Shown here: in pieces, positions 47,088-55,860 of the stretch
How positions within the stretch are numbered: position 1 is the first letter of the stretch
Layout of the letters: each line of letters begins with the position of its first letter
The notes under the pieces: generated by a model
Databases searched by the model: none
Told to the model about the DNA's origin: nothing
Seen by the model: only the letters and a program-made list of their open reading frames with translations
Source of the DNA: Anaerolineaceae bacterium
GTDB lineage: Bacteria > Chloroflexota > Anaerolineae > Anaerolineales > Anaerolineaceae
Assembly: GCA_016927865.1 (NCBI GenBank)
Contig: JAFGLU010000067.1
Coordinates: forward strand, 1,900-65,899
DNA: 64,000 bases
Reading direction: 5' to 3'
Translations under genes and position numbers: made by a program

Positions 47088-49085
47088 TTATGGTCGCCAA
47101 TCAGGCTGATAATCGGGCGCGGGGTCAGTGGTCAATTGGGTAACACTGCCCCCATTGCGCATCATCACCCAGATATCCTCGTTACCATCCCGTCTCGAGC
47201 CAAACACCAGCCAATAAGAATCCGCCGAGAAGCGCGCTCCCTCCACCGGAATGATCTGGGTGGTCACCGTGAACACACTCGCCGTGTTGACTCCCACCTG
47301 GCGAGAGGCCAGTACCGGCAGCCCTGTTCCCAAACCGAACACAATCACGCTGTTGTCCAGCGCCCAGTTTGGCGAAGAAGCGTACCCCTTATCTGTCTCC
47401 GTGAAAGCTTTCGCATTGCTCCCATTGGCGTTCATCACCCAAATGGTCGAGCCGCTCTGCCGGCTGGTCTCATAGGCAATCTGTGCCCCGTCCGGCGACC
47501 AGGCCGGGCGGCGTTCATACACCGAAGCTGGGGATAGACGTGTCACACTGTTATCTGCCAGCTGGTACAGGTAAATTTGATTTTTCCCGTCACGCAAAGA
47601 AGTGAAGGCAATCGTTTGCCCATCCGGCGACCAGGCCGGGTCAAAATCTCCGCCGGGCCGCGAAGCCAGAGGCGTCAGGCCTTTGCCGTCCGCGTTCACC
47701 ACGAACATACTGGCCCCTGGATACAACTCCTTCTTTCCTTTACACGGCGAAATAAACACCAACCGCTCCCCATCCGGCGCCCAGGCCGGCTGGCAGGCGC
47801 CATCGGGCAAGTCGGTCAACTGGCGTGCATTCTCGCCTACCGTATCCATGATCCAAATTTGCGGCAAACCGCTGCGCTCAGACACGAAGGCAATTTCACC
47901 ACGCGCCCCACCCAGGGCCGTTGCCGCCACGGTCGGCTCCACGGTTTCGGTCGGCGCGGCTGTCTCAGTCGGCGCAAGCGTTTCGGTGGGTGCTGGTGTC
48001 TCAGTAGGCGCCGGCGTCAAGGTGACGAAAGGCACCTCGATTATGACCCCCACGGTGGGCTGGGTCACAGTGGGCTGCGGCGCAACGGGTTTGTTCTGGC
48101 CGCTCAACACAAGGGCCAGCACCACCGCAATCACTGCCACGCCGCCAAAACCAGCGCCAATCCATCCCCAGGGCGTTGAGCGCCGGGCAGGCATTTTCTC
48201 TCCGGTCATGGTTGCAGAGGACGGCGCAGGCGCAGCGCTGCCAGCAGGCCGTGCTCTGCGCACGGTCGCATCGCTGCTCACCGCCGTTGTCCCGCTCAAT
48301 TCAGCCATAAATTCCGCCGCGCTTTGGTAACGCTCGGCAGGCTGCACTTCCATGGCCTTCTCAATCACCCGCGCAGCGCGCTCTGAAACGGCAGGCGCAT
48401 GCTTGCGAATAGGCGTCAACTGCGCCGAGCCCATCGCTCGCGCCAGCCCGTCCTCAGGAATCTTGCCCGTCAGGGCGGCATACAATGTGGCACCCAATGC
48501 GTAAATATCCGAGCGCGCCTCGGTGCCTTCGCCGTATTGCTCAGGCGGGGCATATCCTGGCGTTAAGGCTTGCGCCCCTGTGGTGGTGGCTTGCCCGCCC
48601 TCTGCAATCTTGGCCAATCCAAAATCGACCAGGTAAACCACGCCGCTGGTAGAGACTTTCACGTTACCCGGTTTCACATCGCGGTGAACGATGGCCGGCT
48701 TGCGCGTATGCAGGTATTCCAGCGCATCACACACCGCCGTGCCAATGCGCAGCACCTCTGCCTCTGGCAATGGCCCACGATCCGCCAGCATCTGCCGTAG
48801 ATCATCGCCGTCGATGTAATCCATCACCAGATACTGCCCCGCCCCCTCCAGGCTGAAGTGATCCGTCACACGGGGGAGGTTGGGGTGGCGCATGCCTGCC
48901 AGCAGGCTGGCCTCGCGCCTGAACTGACGCGCAAACTGCTCACTGGTGAGGAAGTTTTCCTTCACCGCCACCTGGATGTTGAGTGTCACATCAAAGGCGC
49001 GGTAAATAGCGCCCATGCCGCCTTTGGCAATTACTTCTTCAATGCGGTAGCGGTCATTGAGCAAAGATCCCGGTTCGAGAGCCAT
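47088..49085 (-). CDS. Hanks-type Ser/Thr kinase with TM, PT-rich linker and TolB/PD40 beta-propeller
   Basis: GGMGAIY, VAVK, HRDVKPGN, DFG and TPGYAPPEQ motifs; repeated PAWSPDG. Confidence 0.93.
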   Translation of the reverse strand: MALEPGSLLNDRYRIEEVIAKGGMGAIYRAFDVTLNIQVAVKENFLTSEQFARQFRREASLLAGMRHPNLPRVTDHFSLEGAGQYLVMDYIDGDDLRQMLADRGPLPEAEVLRIGTAVCDALEYLHTRKPAIVHRDVKPGNVKVSTSGVVYLVDFGLAKIAEGGQATTTGAQALTPGYAPPEQYGEGTEARSDIYALGATLYAALTGKIPEDGLARAMGSAQLTPIRKHAPAVSERAARVIEKAMEVQPAERYQSAAEFMAELSGTTAVSSDATVRRARPAGSAAPAPSSATMTGEKMPARRSTPWGWIGAGFGGVAVIAVVLALVLSGQNKPVAPQPTVTQPTVGVIIEVPFVTLTPAPTETPAPTETLAPTETAAPTETVEPTVAATALGGARGEIAFVSERSGLPQIWIMDTVGENARQLTDLPDGACQPAWAPDGERLVFISPCKGKKELYPGASMFVVNADGKGLTPLASRPGGDFDPAWSPDGQTIAFTSLRDGKNQIYLYQLADNSVTRLSPASVYERRPAWSPDGAQIAYETSRQSGSTIWVMNANGSNAKAFTETDKGYASSPNWALDNSVIVFGLGTGLPVLASRQVGVNTASVFTVTTQIIPVEGARFSADSYWLVFGSRRDGNEDIWVMMRNGGSVTQLTTDPAPDYQPDWRP

Positions 49086-49094
49086 CCCTCCCCC

Positions 49095-51221
49095 CTATGG
49101 TAACGCAACAGGGCGCCAGGCCGCGCCAAAGTCAAACGATGTATCGGTTGTCACCCGGATACGGTTGGCTCCATTCACGGTCATAATATAAATGTCGTGA
49201 TTATAACCATCCGGCCAACTCTCAAAAGCAAACCAGAATCCGTCTGGCGAAAGACTCACCTTACCAATTGGGCCGACATCCGTCGAACCGCTGGCAGGCA
49301 CGCGGAACTCCTGCGAAGTCTTGCGGTCTTCATAACGCATGCCCATCAACCAGGGCACATTGGAGTTGCTTGCCGTCTGATTATAGAAGATCACCGACCC
49401 ATCCCATGACCACAGCGGATAAAAATTATGGTAATCGCCGCTAATGGAGAATTGGTTCAACTGCTCGCCACTATCCGACATGAGCCAAACTTGTCCAAAG
49501 ACTTTAGTGCGAATAAATGCCAGCTGGCGGCTCATCGGTGACCAAACCGGCTGGCGCTCATCATAATTGGAAATCGACAACCGCTTGACATCCAGATTTT
49601 CCAGATTCAAGGTATGGATAGCCGGCCTTCCGGTACGCAGCGAGGTAAAAGCGAGGAATTTTCCATCGGAAGACCAGGCCGGGTCAAAATCACCTTCCGG
49701 GCTGGATGGCAGCGGTGTCAAATTGCTGCCATCCACGTCAATCAGGTAGATACTGCTGCCAAGATAGGTTTGCTCTTTAGAAATGCAGGGTGAAATAAAC
49801 GCCAGGCGCATTCCATCCGGCGACCAGGCCGGCTGGCAGGCCCCATCGCGCATATTGGTAATTTGCTTCAGGCCTTTGCCGTCCGAGTTGACCGTCCAAA
49901 TCTGGAAGTTGCCCGCTCGATCAGACGCAAAGGCAATTTGGGCCGGGCCGCCGCCCAATGGCGTGGGTGTCGGAGTTAAAACCACTTCCGGGGTGGGCGT
50001 CTCGGCAGGCGTGGGGTTTTCAACCACTGGCGTTTCGGTTACAGCAACCAGCGCGGTGGGAGCCCCTGTTCCCTCTTTCGGCTCGGGAGTTGCGGTCTGG
50101 TCTGGTTGCTGTCCGCCCTCCGCCGTCGATTGAGTTGCCCATACAGTAGAATTTGGGGCAACGAAAGCCATCACCGCCCGAGGGATTCCGGGCCACAAGC
50201 GCATTCCTAAATACGCAAGCACCACGACAAATAGAATTGCTACTCCTGTCGCCCACATATTTCTGCGGCGTCTGCGCGCGCGGCTGACGGGTTTGGGCCA
50301 GGAAGAGCGTCTGTTGTTGCTGGGCGGCTTGATAATTTCTACGCCATCCTCGCCTTCAGCCGATTCCTGCGGCGGAGGCGTCAGGGTGGGGCGCTCGCGG
50401 AAGAAAGCTGCCATCTCCCCGCACTCAATCAACGCCTCACGAAATTCCGCGGCGCTTTGAAAGCGGTCATCCGGTTCTACTTCCAGGGCTTTCTCCAGGA
50501 TATCAGCCAGGCGCTTGTTAATCTTGGGGCGCAGTTCGCGAATATCGGTTAATTCTGCTTTGCCGGTCATCCGTGCCAGCCCGTCTTCCGGAATGGTCGT
50601 CGTCAAAGCCGCATAGAGAGTTGCTCCCAGCGAATAAATATCCGTACGGTAATCGGTACTGGAGGTGCCGTATTGTTCTGGCGGAGAATAGCCGGGAGTC
50701 ATGGCCCGCGCGCCGGTCATGGTAGCCTGGCTGCCTTGCATCACCTTGGCCAGGCCAAAGTCCACCAGCACCGCCTGCCCGTCACCAGTGACCTTGATGT
50801 TTCCCGGTTTCACATCGCGGTGAATAATTGAGGGATTGCGCGTGTGCAAATGGTCCAGCGCATCGCAGATCGAAATACCAATCAAGATGGTGTCCCGCTC
50901 GCTCAACGGTCCAAGCCGCTCCATGCGCTGGCGCAAATCCTCGCCCTCGATGTAATCCATCACCAGGTATTGCCCCTGTCCTTCCAGGACAAAATAATCG
51001 CCCACATGGGGGAGGTTGGGATGGCGCATACTGGCCAGGATGCGTGCCTCGCGCTGGAATTGACGACTGTACTCGTCGGTCAGGAACAAGTTTTCTTTCA
51101 CCGCCACCGGAATACCCAGGTGTTCATCCTGGGCGCGATAAACAGCGCCCATTCCTCCTTGACCCAGGATGGACACGATCCGGTAGCGGTTGCATAATAC
51201 AGTTCCAGACGGTAAAGGCAT
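49095..51221 (-). CDS. Hanks-type Ser/Thr kinase with TM, PT-rich linker and TolB/PD40 beta-propeller (paralog)
   Basis: GQGGMGAVY, VAVK, HRDVKPGN, DFG and TPGYSPPEQ motifs; PAWSPDG repeats. Confidence 0.93.
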   Translation of the reverse strand: MPLPSGTVLCNRYRIVSILGQGGMGAVYRAQDEHLGIPVAVKENLFLTDEYSRQFQREARILASMRHPNLPHVGDYFVLEGQGQYLVMDYIEGEDLRQRMERLGPLSERDTILIGISICDALDHLHTRNPSIIHRDVKPGNIKVTGDGQAVLVDFGLAKVMQGSQATMTGARAMTPGYSPPEQYGTSSTDYRTDIYSLGATLYAALTTTIPEDGLARMTGKAELTDIRELRPKINKRLADILEKALEVEPDDRFQSAAEFREALIECGEMAAFFRERPTLTPPPQESAEGEDGVEIIKPPSNNRRSSWPKPVSRARRRRRNMWATGVAILFVVVLAYLGMRLWPGIPRAVMAFVAPNSTVWATQSTAEGGQQPDQTATPEPKEGTGAPTALVAVTETPVVENPTPAETPTPEVVLTPTPTPLGGGPAQIAFASDRAGNFQIWTVNSDGKGLKQITNMRDGACQPAWSPDGMRLAFISPCISKEQTYLGSSIYLIDVDGSNLTPLPSSPEGDFDPAWSSDGKFLAFTSLRTGRPAIHTLNLENLDVKRLSISNYDERQPVWSPMSRQLAFIRTKVFGQVWLMSDSGEQLNQFSISGDYHNFYPLWSWDGSVIFYNQTASNSNVPWLMGMRYEDRKTSQEFRVPASGSTDVGPIGKVSLSPDGFWFAFESWPDGYNHDIYIMTVNGANRIRVTTDTSFDFGAAWRPVALP

Positions 51222-51329
51222 GCGCTCTTCTTCTTGCGGCTGTCAAATAGTACAATCATTTTACCCGAAGAAACCATCAACCGAGCCCGGAAATCACCCT
51301 CGCCGCACAAGAGAATTTCCGGCGCAAGA

Positions 51330-52319
51330 CTATGTTTCTACGGTGGGTACGCGACCCGTTTCCAACCCAAACAATGCCGGTGAGGATGCCCAAACCGCCA
51401 TTCCCAACAGAACACCGAACCACAATGTGGCCAAACGGATCAATAAGGTGGCAGAAGTTGCCAGGGCCGGGTCAAGCTGCAAGATAAAGATCAGCATTCC
51501 CGCAATCGAGGCCTCTGCCGCGCCCAAACCGCCCGGCAAAGCCGAAGCCGCCCCCACCACCGTGGAAAACGACAGCACAAAAATCGCCGTGGCCGCCAGT
51601 TCCAGGCTGGGCTGCAAGCCCAATCCACGCAGGATGAAGTAAAAACCCAGTCCTTCGCCCAACCACGAAACGGTGCCCAACAGCACCGCCAGTAAAGTTG
51701 CGCCGGGTTTGAACAGGGTAAAGCTTCCTTCATAGAATTCGCGCAAGCTGCGCACAGCCTTTTGCAAAAAACGAACCTTCTCACCCTGCTCCAGCGCCCA
51801 TTCCACTAGCGGGCGGATTTGCGAGCCGATCACCACCGCCAGCAGCACAGCCAGAATGGTGATGAACACGGGCCAATAACGCGGGTAGGAGACCACACCC
51901 AGCACCGAAAGCGCCAGCACGGCCAGCCCGTCGCTGATTCGCTCGGCCAGCACCACCGAAACGCCGCGTGCCACCGGCACACCCGTCAGGCGCATCAGCC
52001 AGACGGCCTTGATCACCTCCCCGAGCTTGCCCGGCGTTACCGCCAGCGGAAAACCTCCCACAAACAGGCGCATACTCGGGCCCACTCCCAGGCGATTCAC
52101 GCCTATCTGTTTCAGGTAAAAATGCCACTTGAGAAAGCGCAGGCCGTAATTCAGTAGGGTGAACCCCATCGCAATCAAGAAAAACTCCCAACGGAAGTTG
52201 GAAATGAGCTTGCCCACCTCGCGTAAATCACCCAGCAATGCCAGCCCCACCAACACAACAAACCCCAGGACAACTCCAGGGATCAGGCGGCGCAGAATAG
52301 TGGGAGACGATTCTTTCAT
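51330..52319 (-). CDS. UPF0104/lysylphosphatidylglycerol synthase TM (flippase-like) protein
   Basis: RFLKW, TPGKLGEVIK, ERISD, LPGGLGAAE and RLATLW motifs. Confidence 0.88.
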   Translation of the reverse strand: MKESSPTILRRLIPGVVLGFVVLVGLALLGDLREVGKLISNFRWEFFLIAMGFTLLNYGLRFLKWHFYLKQIGVNRLGVGPSMRLFVGGFPLAVTPGKLGEVIKAVWLMRLTGVPVARGVSVVLAERISDGLAVLALSVLGVVSYPRYWPVFITILAVLLAVVIGSQIRPLVEWALEQGEKVRFLQKAVRSLREFYEGSFTLFKPGATLLAVLLGTVSWLGEGLGFYFILRGLGLQPSLELAATAIFVLSFSTVVGAASALPGGLGAAEASIAGMLIFILQLDPALATSATLLIRLATLWFGVLLGMAVWASSPALFGLETGRVPTVET

Positions 52320-52507
52320 GAACAGGATTCCTCTATCTTTGGATTATACAGCATCCCCTTTTGGGAACAATTAACAGCCTTGTTACAATAGTTATCAATT
52401 CTGCAAACTAAGTGGTTCTCTCGCTCAACAAGTGGCGTTTATTTTGTGCTTCCATATCCCCACCAATCCAATTCGCCATCCATCTCATAATTTGTTACAA
52501 TGAGTCC

Positions 52508-53467
52508 ATGCTCCAAGAAACATCGGGGAAAACACTGGTCGATCGACCGGTACTGGTCGTGGGCGCCGCAGGCATGGATACCGTTGGGATGTTGGACGAA
52601 GCCCCCCACCTGCGCGCCTCGAATTCCGCCCGCGTGCGCCTGTCCTTCGGGGGCGTGGCTCGCAATATCGCCGAGAACCTGGCCTGTTTGGGACAGCCTG
52701 TCCAATTGCTCACCGCCGTGGGCGCAGACCGCTCCGGCCGCCAACTGCTCTATCATACCGGCGACTGCGGGGTAGATGTCTCAGCCTGCATCACGGTGGA
52801 TGACGCCGCCACCGCCTCTTACCTGGCCATCTATGACGCCGATGGGAACCTGCACATGGCCCTCGAGGACATGCGCGTTCTCAAAGCCCTCACCTCCGCC
52901 GTGCTCAAAGAGCGCGAAGAATTGTTCCGCGCTTGCGGCCTGGTGGTGGTAGACGCAAACCTCTCCCCAACCGCGCTGCGAACCGTTTTCAGCCTGGCCC
53001 GCAAGGCCGGTGTACCGGTATGCGCCGACACCGCCTCCAAAAGCCTTGCTGCGCGGATGATCCCTTTCTTACCCCGCCTGTTTCTGCTCACCGCCAACAG
53101 CACCGAGGCCTCGGTACTGGCCCCCACCCAAGCTCCCGTTTCTGGCCCGCAGACCGCTCTCAAAACTGCCCGTTGGCTGGTCAGTCAGGGAGTGCAAACC
53201 GCGGTGATTCCCATCTCAGCAGCCGGAGTCTGCTACGCTACCCCAGAAACCAGCGGGCGCGTCCCAGCCATCCGCACGCGGGTGGTCGACCCCACCGGCG
53301 CTGGAGACGCCCTCACCGCCGCGGTCATCTTTGGCCTACTCAATGACATCTCCATCGATGAAGCTGTGCGCCTGGGTGTTTCCGCCGCGTCGTTGGTACT
53401 GCGCCATCCGGGCGCGGTGCTGCCAGAACTAAGCCTCGAAAAACTATACGACAACCTGGTGATATAA
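52508..53467 (+). CDS. psuK: PfkB family kinase, probable pseudouridine kinase
   Basis: GGVARNIAENLA, DANL and DPTGAGD motifs; adjacent to psuG. Confidence 0.85.
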   Translation: MLQETSGKTLVDRPVLVVGAAGMDTVGMLDEAPHLRASNSARVRLSFGGVARNIAENLACLGQPVQLLTAVGADRSGRQLLYHTGDCGVDVSACITVDDAATASYLAIYDADGNLHMALEDMRVLKALTSAVLKEREELFRACGLVVVDANLSPTALRTVFSLARKAGVPVCADTASKSLAARMIPFLPRLFLLTANSTEASVLAPTQAPVSGPQTALKTARWLVSQGVQTAVIPISAAGVCYATPETSGRVPAIRTRVVDPTGAGDALTAAVIFGLLNDISIDEAVRLGVSAASLVLRHPGAVLPELSLEKLYDNLVI

Positions 53468-53469
53468 AA

Positions 53470-54405
53470 ATGGATCTCTTTCCCGAAGAAGGTTATTCCT
53501 CCGAACTGCCCGCATTGGCGTTCTCATCTGAGGTCTGGAAAGCCCGCGCATTCAACGAACCCATCCTGGCCCTCGAATCCGCTGTCATCACTCACGGACT
53601 CCCCCGCCCCCACAACCTGGAGCTGGCCCTGGCCGTGGAAGAGGAAGCGCGCAACCAGCAGGTCACACCCGCTACCGTTGCGGTAATGGACGGTAAAGTG
53701 CGGGTTGGGTTAACCCGCCCAGAGCTGGAGCGGCTGGCAACTGCTGAACAAACTCGGAAAATCTCCCGCCGCGACTTTGGCATGGCTCTGGCTCGCGGCG
53801 AACTGGGCGGAACAACCGTTGCCGCCACGCTCATCGCCGCTCGCCTGGCAGAAATCCGCGTCTTTGCCACTGGGGGCATCGGTGGGGTTCACCGCGATGC
53901 GCCCTTCGATGTCTCGGCAGACCTTCCCGAATTGGCCCACAGCCCTCTGGTGGTGGTATGCTCCGGCGCCAAATCGATTCTAGATTTACCCGCCACCCTG
54001 GAATACCTGGAAACCGTCGGTGTGCCGGTTATTGGATATCGCACCCGTGAATTTCCGGCCTTCTTTTCTGCCGAAAGCGGCCTACCGGTGACCGAATCTG
54101 TCGACTCGATTGCTGAAATCGTCAAAATTGCCCGCGCCCACTGGTCCATGAAGCTGGATAGTGCCCTGCTGGTCGTGCAGCCTCCCCCAACCGAAGAAGC
54201 CCTGCCCCGCCACCAGGTGGAACAGGCCATCCGTCAGGCTCTGGGTGAAGCCTACCAACAAGGCATCCGCGGCGCAGCGGTGACGCCCTTCTTACTGAAC
54301 CGCGTAGCCGAATTGAGCGGTGGCGACAGCTTACGCGCCAATCTGGCCCTGCTGCGCAACAATGCCCGCCTGGGCGCAGAAATTGCCCACTCCATGGCAG
54401 AGTAA
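53470..54405 (+). CDS. psuG: Pseudouridine-5'-phosphate glycosidase
   Basis: ALESAVITHGLP, TTVAAT, FATGGIGGVHR, DVSADL, GAKSILD and VTPFLL motifs. Confidence 0.96.
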   Translation: MDLFPEEGYSSELPALAFSSEVWKARAFNEPILALESAVITHGLPRPHNLELALAVEEEARNQQVTPATVAVMDGKVRVGLTRPELERLATAEQTRKISRRDFGMALARGELGGTTVAATLIAARLAEIRVFATGGIGGVHRDAPFDVSADLPELAHSPLVVVCSGAKSILDLPATLEYLETVGVPVIGYRTREFPAFFSAESGLPVTESVDSIAEIVKIARAHWSMKLDSALLVVQPPPTEEALPRHQVEQAIRQALGEAYQQGIRGAAVTPFLLNRVAELSGGDSLRANLALLRNNARLGAEIAHSMAE

Positions 54406-54435
54406 ATTTTAAAATTTACATCTACAAGGAACCCT

Positions 54436-54515
54436 GAATTTGAGGTGTCTATGGGGTGCGAAGCACCCCATAGACACCTCAAATTCTGAGGCTTTCTCTG
54501 CCCTCTGAGCAGCTT
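54436..54515. repeat. Intergenic element: 24-bp hairpin plus CTGAGCAG end
   Basis: gaatttgaggtgtctatggggtgc-gaa-gcaccccatagacacctcaaattc, then gaggctttctctgccctctgagcag. Confidence 0.75.
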
Positions 54516-54559
54516 GGCAATGTCACTTTAAAACACCATGACCTTTGAACTCGGGTGTT

Positions 54560-54633
54560 GCCCCCACCCTGCCCTCCCCCGGCAATCAAGATGCTCAATC
54601 ACTTAAGCGCTTTGCCGGGGGAGGGGTGGGGCC
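54560..54633. repeat. C/G-rich palindromic REP-like element
   Basis: gcccccaccctgccctccccc-ggcaa...ttgcc-gggggaggggtggggg; same family as 30169-30227. Confidence 0.65.
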
Positions 54634-54674
54634 GAAAGCTTCGACGTGAAATTTGACATTGTCAAGGCAGTTAC

Positions 54675-54725
54675 CAACAAACAAGGGTATTTGCGAGGAT
54701 TGCTCGCAAATACCCTTGTTTGTTG
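54675..54725. terminator. 23-bp stem terminator hairpin
   Basis: caacaaacaagggtatttgcgag-gattg-ctcgcaaatacccttgtttgttg, just downstream of the 54743 stop. Confidence 0.75.
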
Positions 54726-54742
54726 ATCCTTTCGCCCTTTTG

Positions 54743-55711
54743 CTAGGGTGTGGGCGTGGGCCAGCGCGTATCCGTTGGGCGCGGCGTGAGGCTCGGGCGA
54801 ATCGTGCTGGTGGGCCGCGGTGTCAGCGAAACGGTTGGCGTATTGGAGGGCCGCAGCGTCAGTGTAATGGTGGGTGTACGGCTGGGTGTGTAAGTCGGCG
54901 AGGGCCCCTCGGTTGGGGTCAGCGTGAGCGTGCGTGTGGGGGTCGGCGTGATGGTTGGCGCGGGCGGGTCGCCCGTCACCGTAAAGCGCCCCGATTGCTT
55001 CCAGAGCGTGCCAATGAACAACTGCACCTCATATTCCCCGGCCTGCCAACCACCCACCGGCGCCGTGCACTCCGAGTAGCCAAAACCACCGGTGCCGCCG
55101 TTCCAGGGCAGCGTTTCCACGCACACAAGCTCCTCGCCCCTGTACCACAGCGCGCTCCACTGCGCCCCAGGCGTCATCTGATCGTAGCTGAACACCGCCA
55201 CAATCTGCCGCACCGGGTTAGCAAACTCTTCGGCCTGCCCCACCGGCGTAAAACTATCATCCAGATCTTCCGCAAAAATCAACGGGCTAAAGATAACATC
55301 CGGGTTGGGCGTGGTGGTGGACACAAACAGCGTCTCCACTGCTTGCGGCATGGAGGGGGTGTTGGTGATGGAAGGCGTGTTCGTAATCGTCGGCGTCAGG
55401 GTGATAGTAGGCGTTAGCGTGATCGTAGAGGTCAGGGTGATGGTAGGTGTGTTGGTCACGGTCGGCGAAGGCGGGATAATCGTATAGGCCACCGGCTCGC
55501 CAAAGCGCGCGATGACAAAAGCCACCACCGCCATGAACAGTGCCACAAACACCAGCCGCCAGGCATGCGAGAGCATCACCCGCCGCTTGCGGAAGTAGGG
55601 TAGCTTTTTCGCCGCCTTAAACGTCCGGTAGGCGGTGAATCCTAGAATGATGACACCCAATAAGGCCAGGATAAAGGCTGTCAAAACGCCGGTGCGAATA
55701 TCGAGATTCAT
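54743..55711 (-). CDS. Hypothetical membrane-anchored protein with two Thr/Pro hexapeptide repeat tracts
   Basis: Two N-terminal TMs; (TPTITL)n tracts flank a small beta-rich domain. Confidence 0.85.
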   Translation of the reverse strand: MNLDIRTGVLTAFILALLGVIILGFTAYRTFKAAKKLPYFRKRRVMLSHAWRLVFVALFMAVVAFVIARFGEPVAYTIIPPSPTVTNTPTITLTSTITLTPTITLTPTITNTPSITNTPSMPQAVETLFVSTTTPNPDVIFSPLIFAEDLDDSFTPVGQAEEFANPVRQIVAVFSYDQMTPGAQWSALWYRGEELVCVETLPWNGGTGGFGYSECTAPVGGWQAGEYEVQLFIGTLWKQSGRFTVTGDPPAPTITPTPTRTLTLTPTEGPSPTYTPSRTPTITLTLRPSNTPTVSLTPRPTSTIRPSLTPRPTDTRWPTPTP

Positions 55712-55752
55712 CGTTTTGGATTATAGCACGGATACATAATGGTAAAATCTAT

Positions 55753-55799
55753 GTAACACCTCAAATTCGGGCCTCTTCCACCTCTGGCTGAGTAGTTAC
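55753..55799. repeat. Short copy of the CTGAGTAGTTAC element
   Basis: gtaacacctcaaattcgggcctcttccacctctggctgagtagttac. Confidence 0.75.
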
Positions 55800-55860
55800 A
55801 AATCTATTATCTGTCTAGCTCCCTCTTTCCATTCAAGTATTGTTACCGGGGAGAAACACC

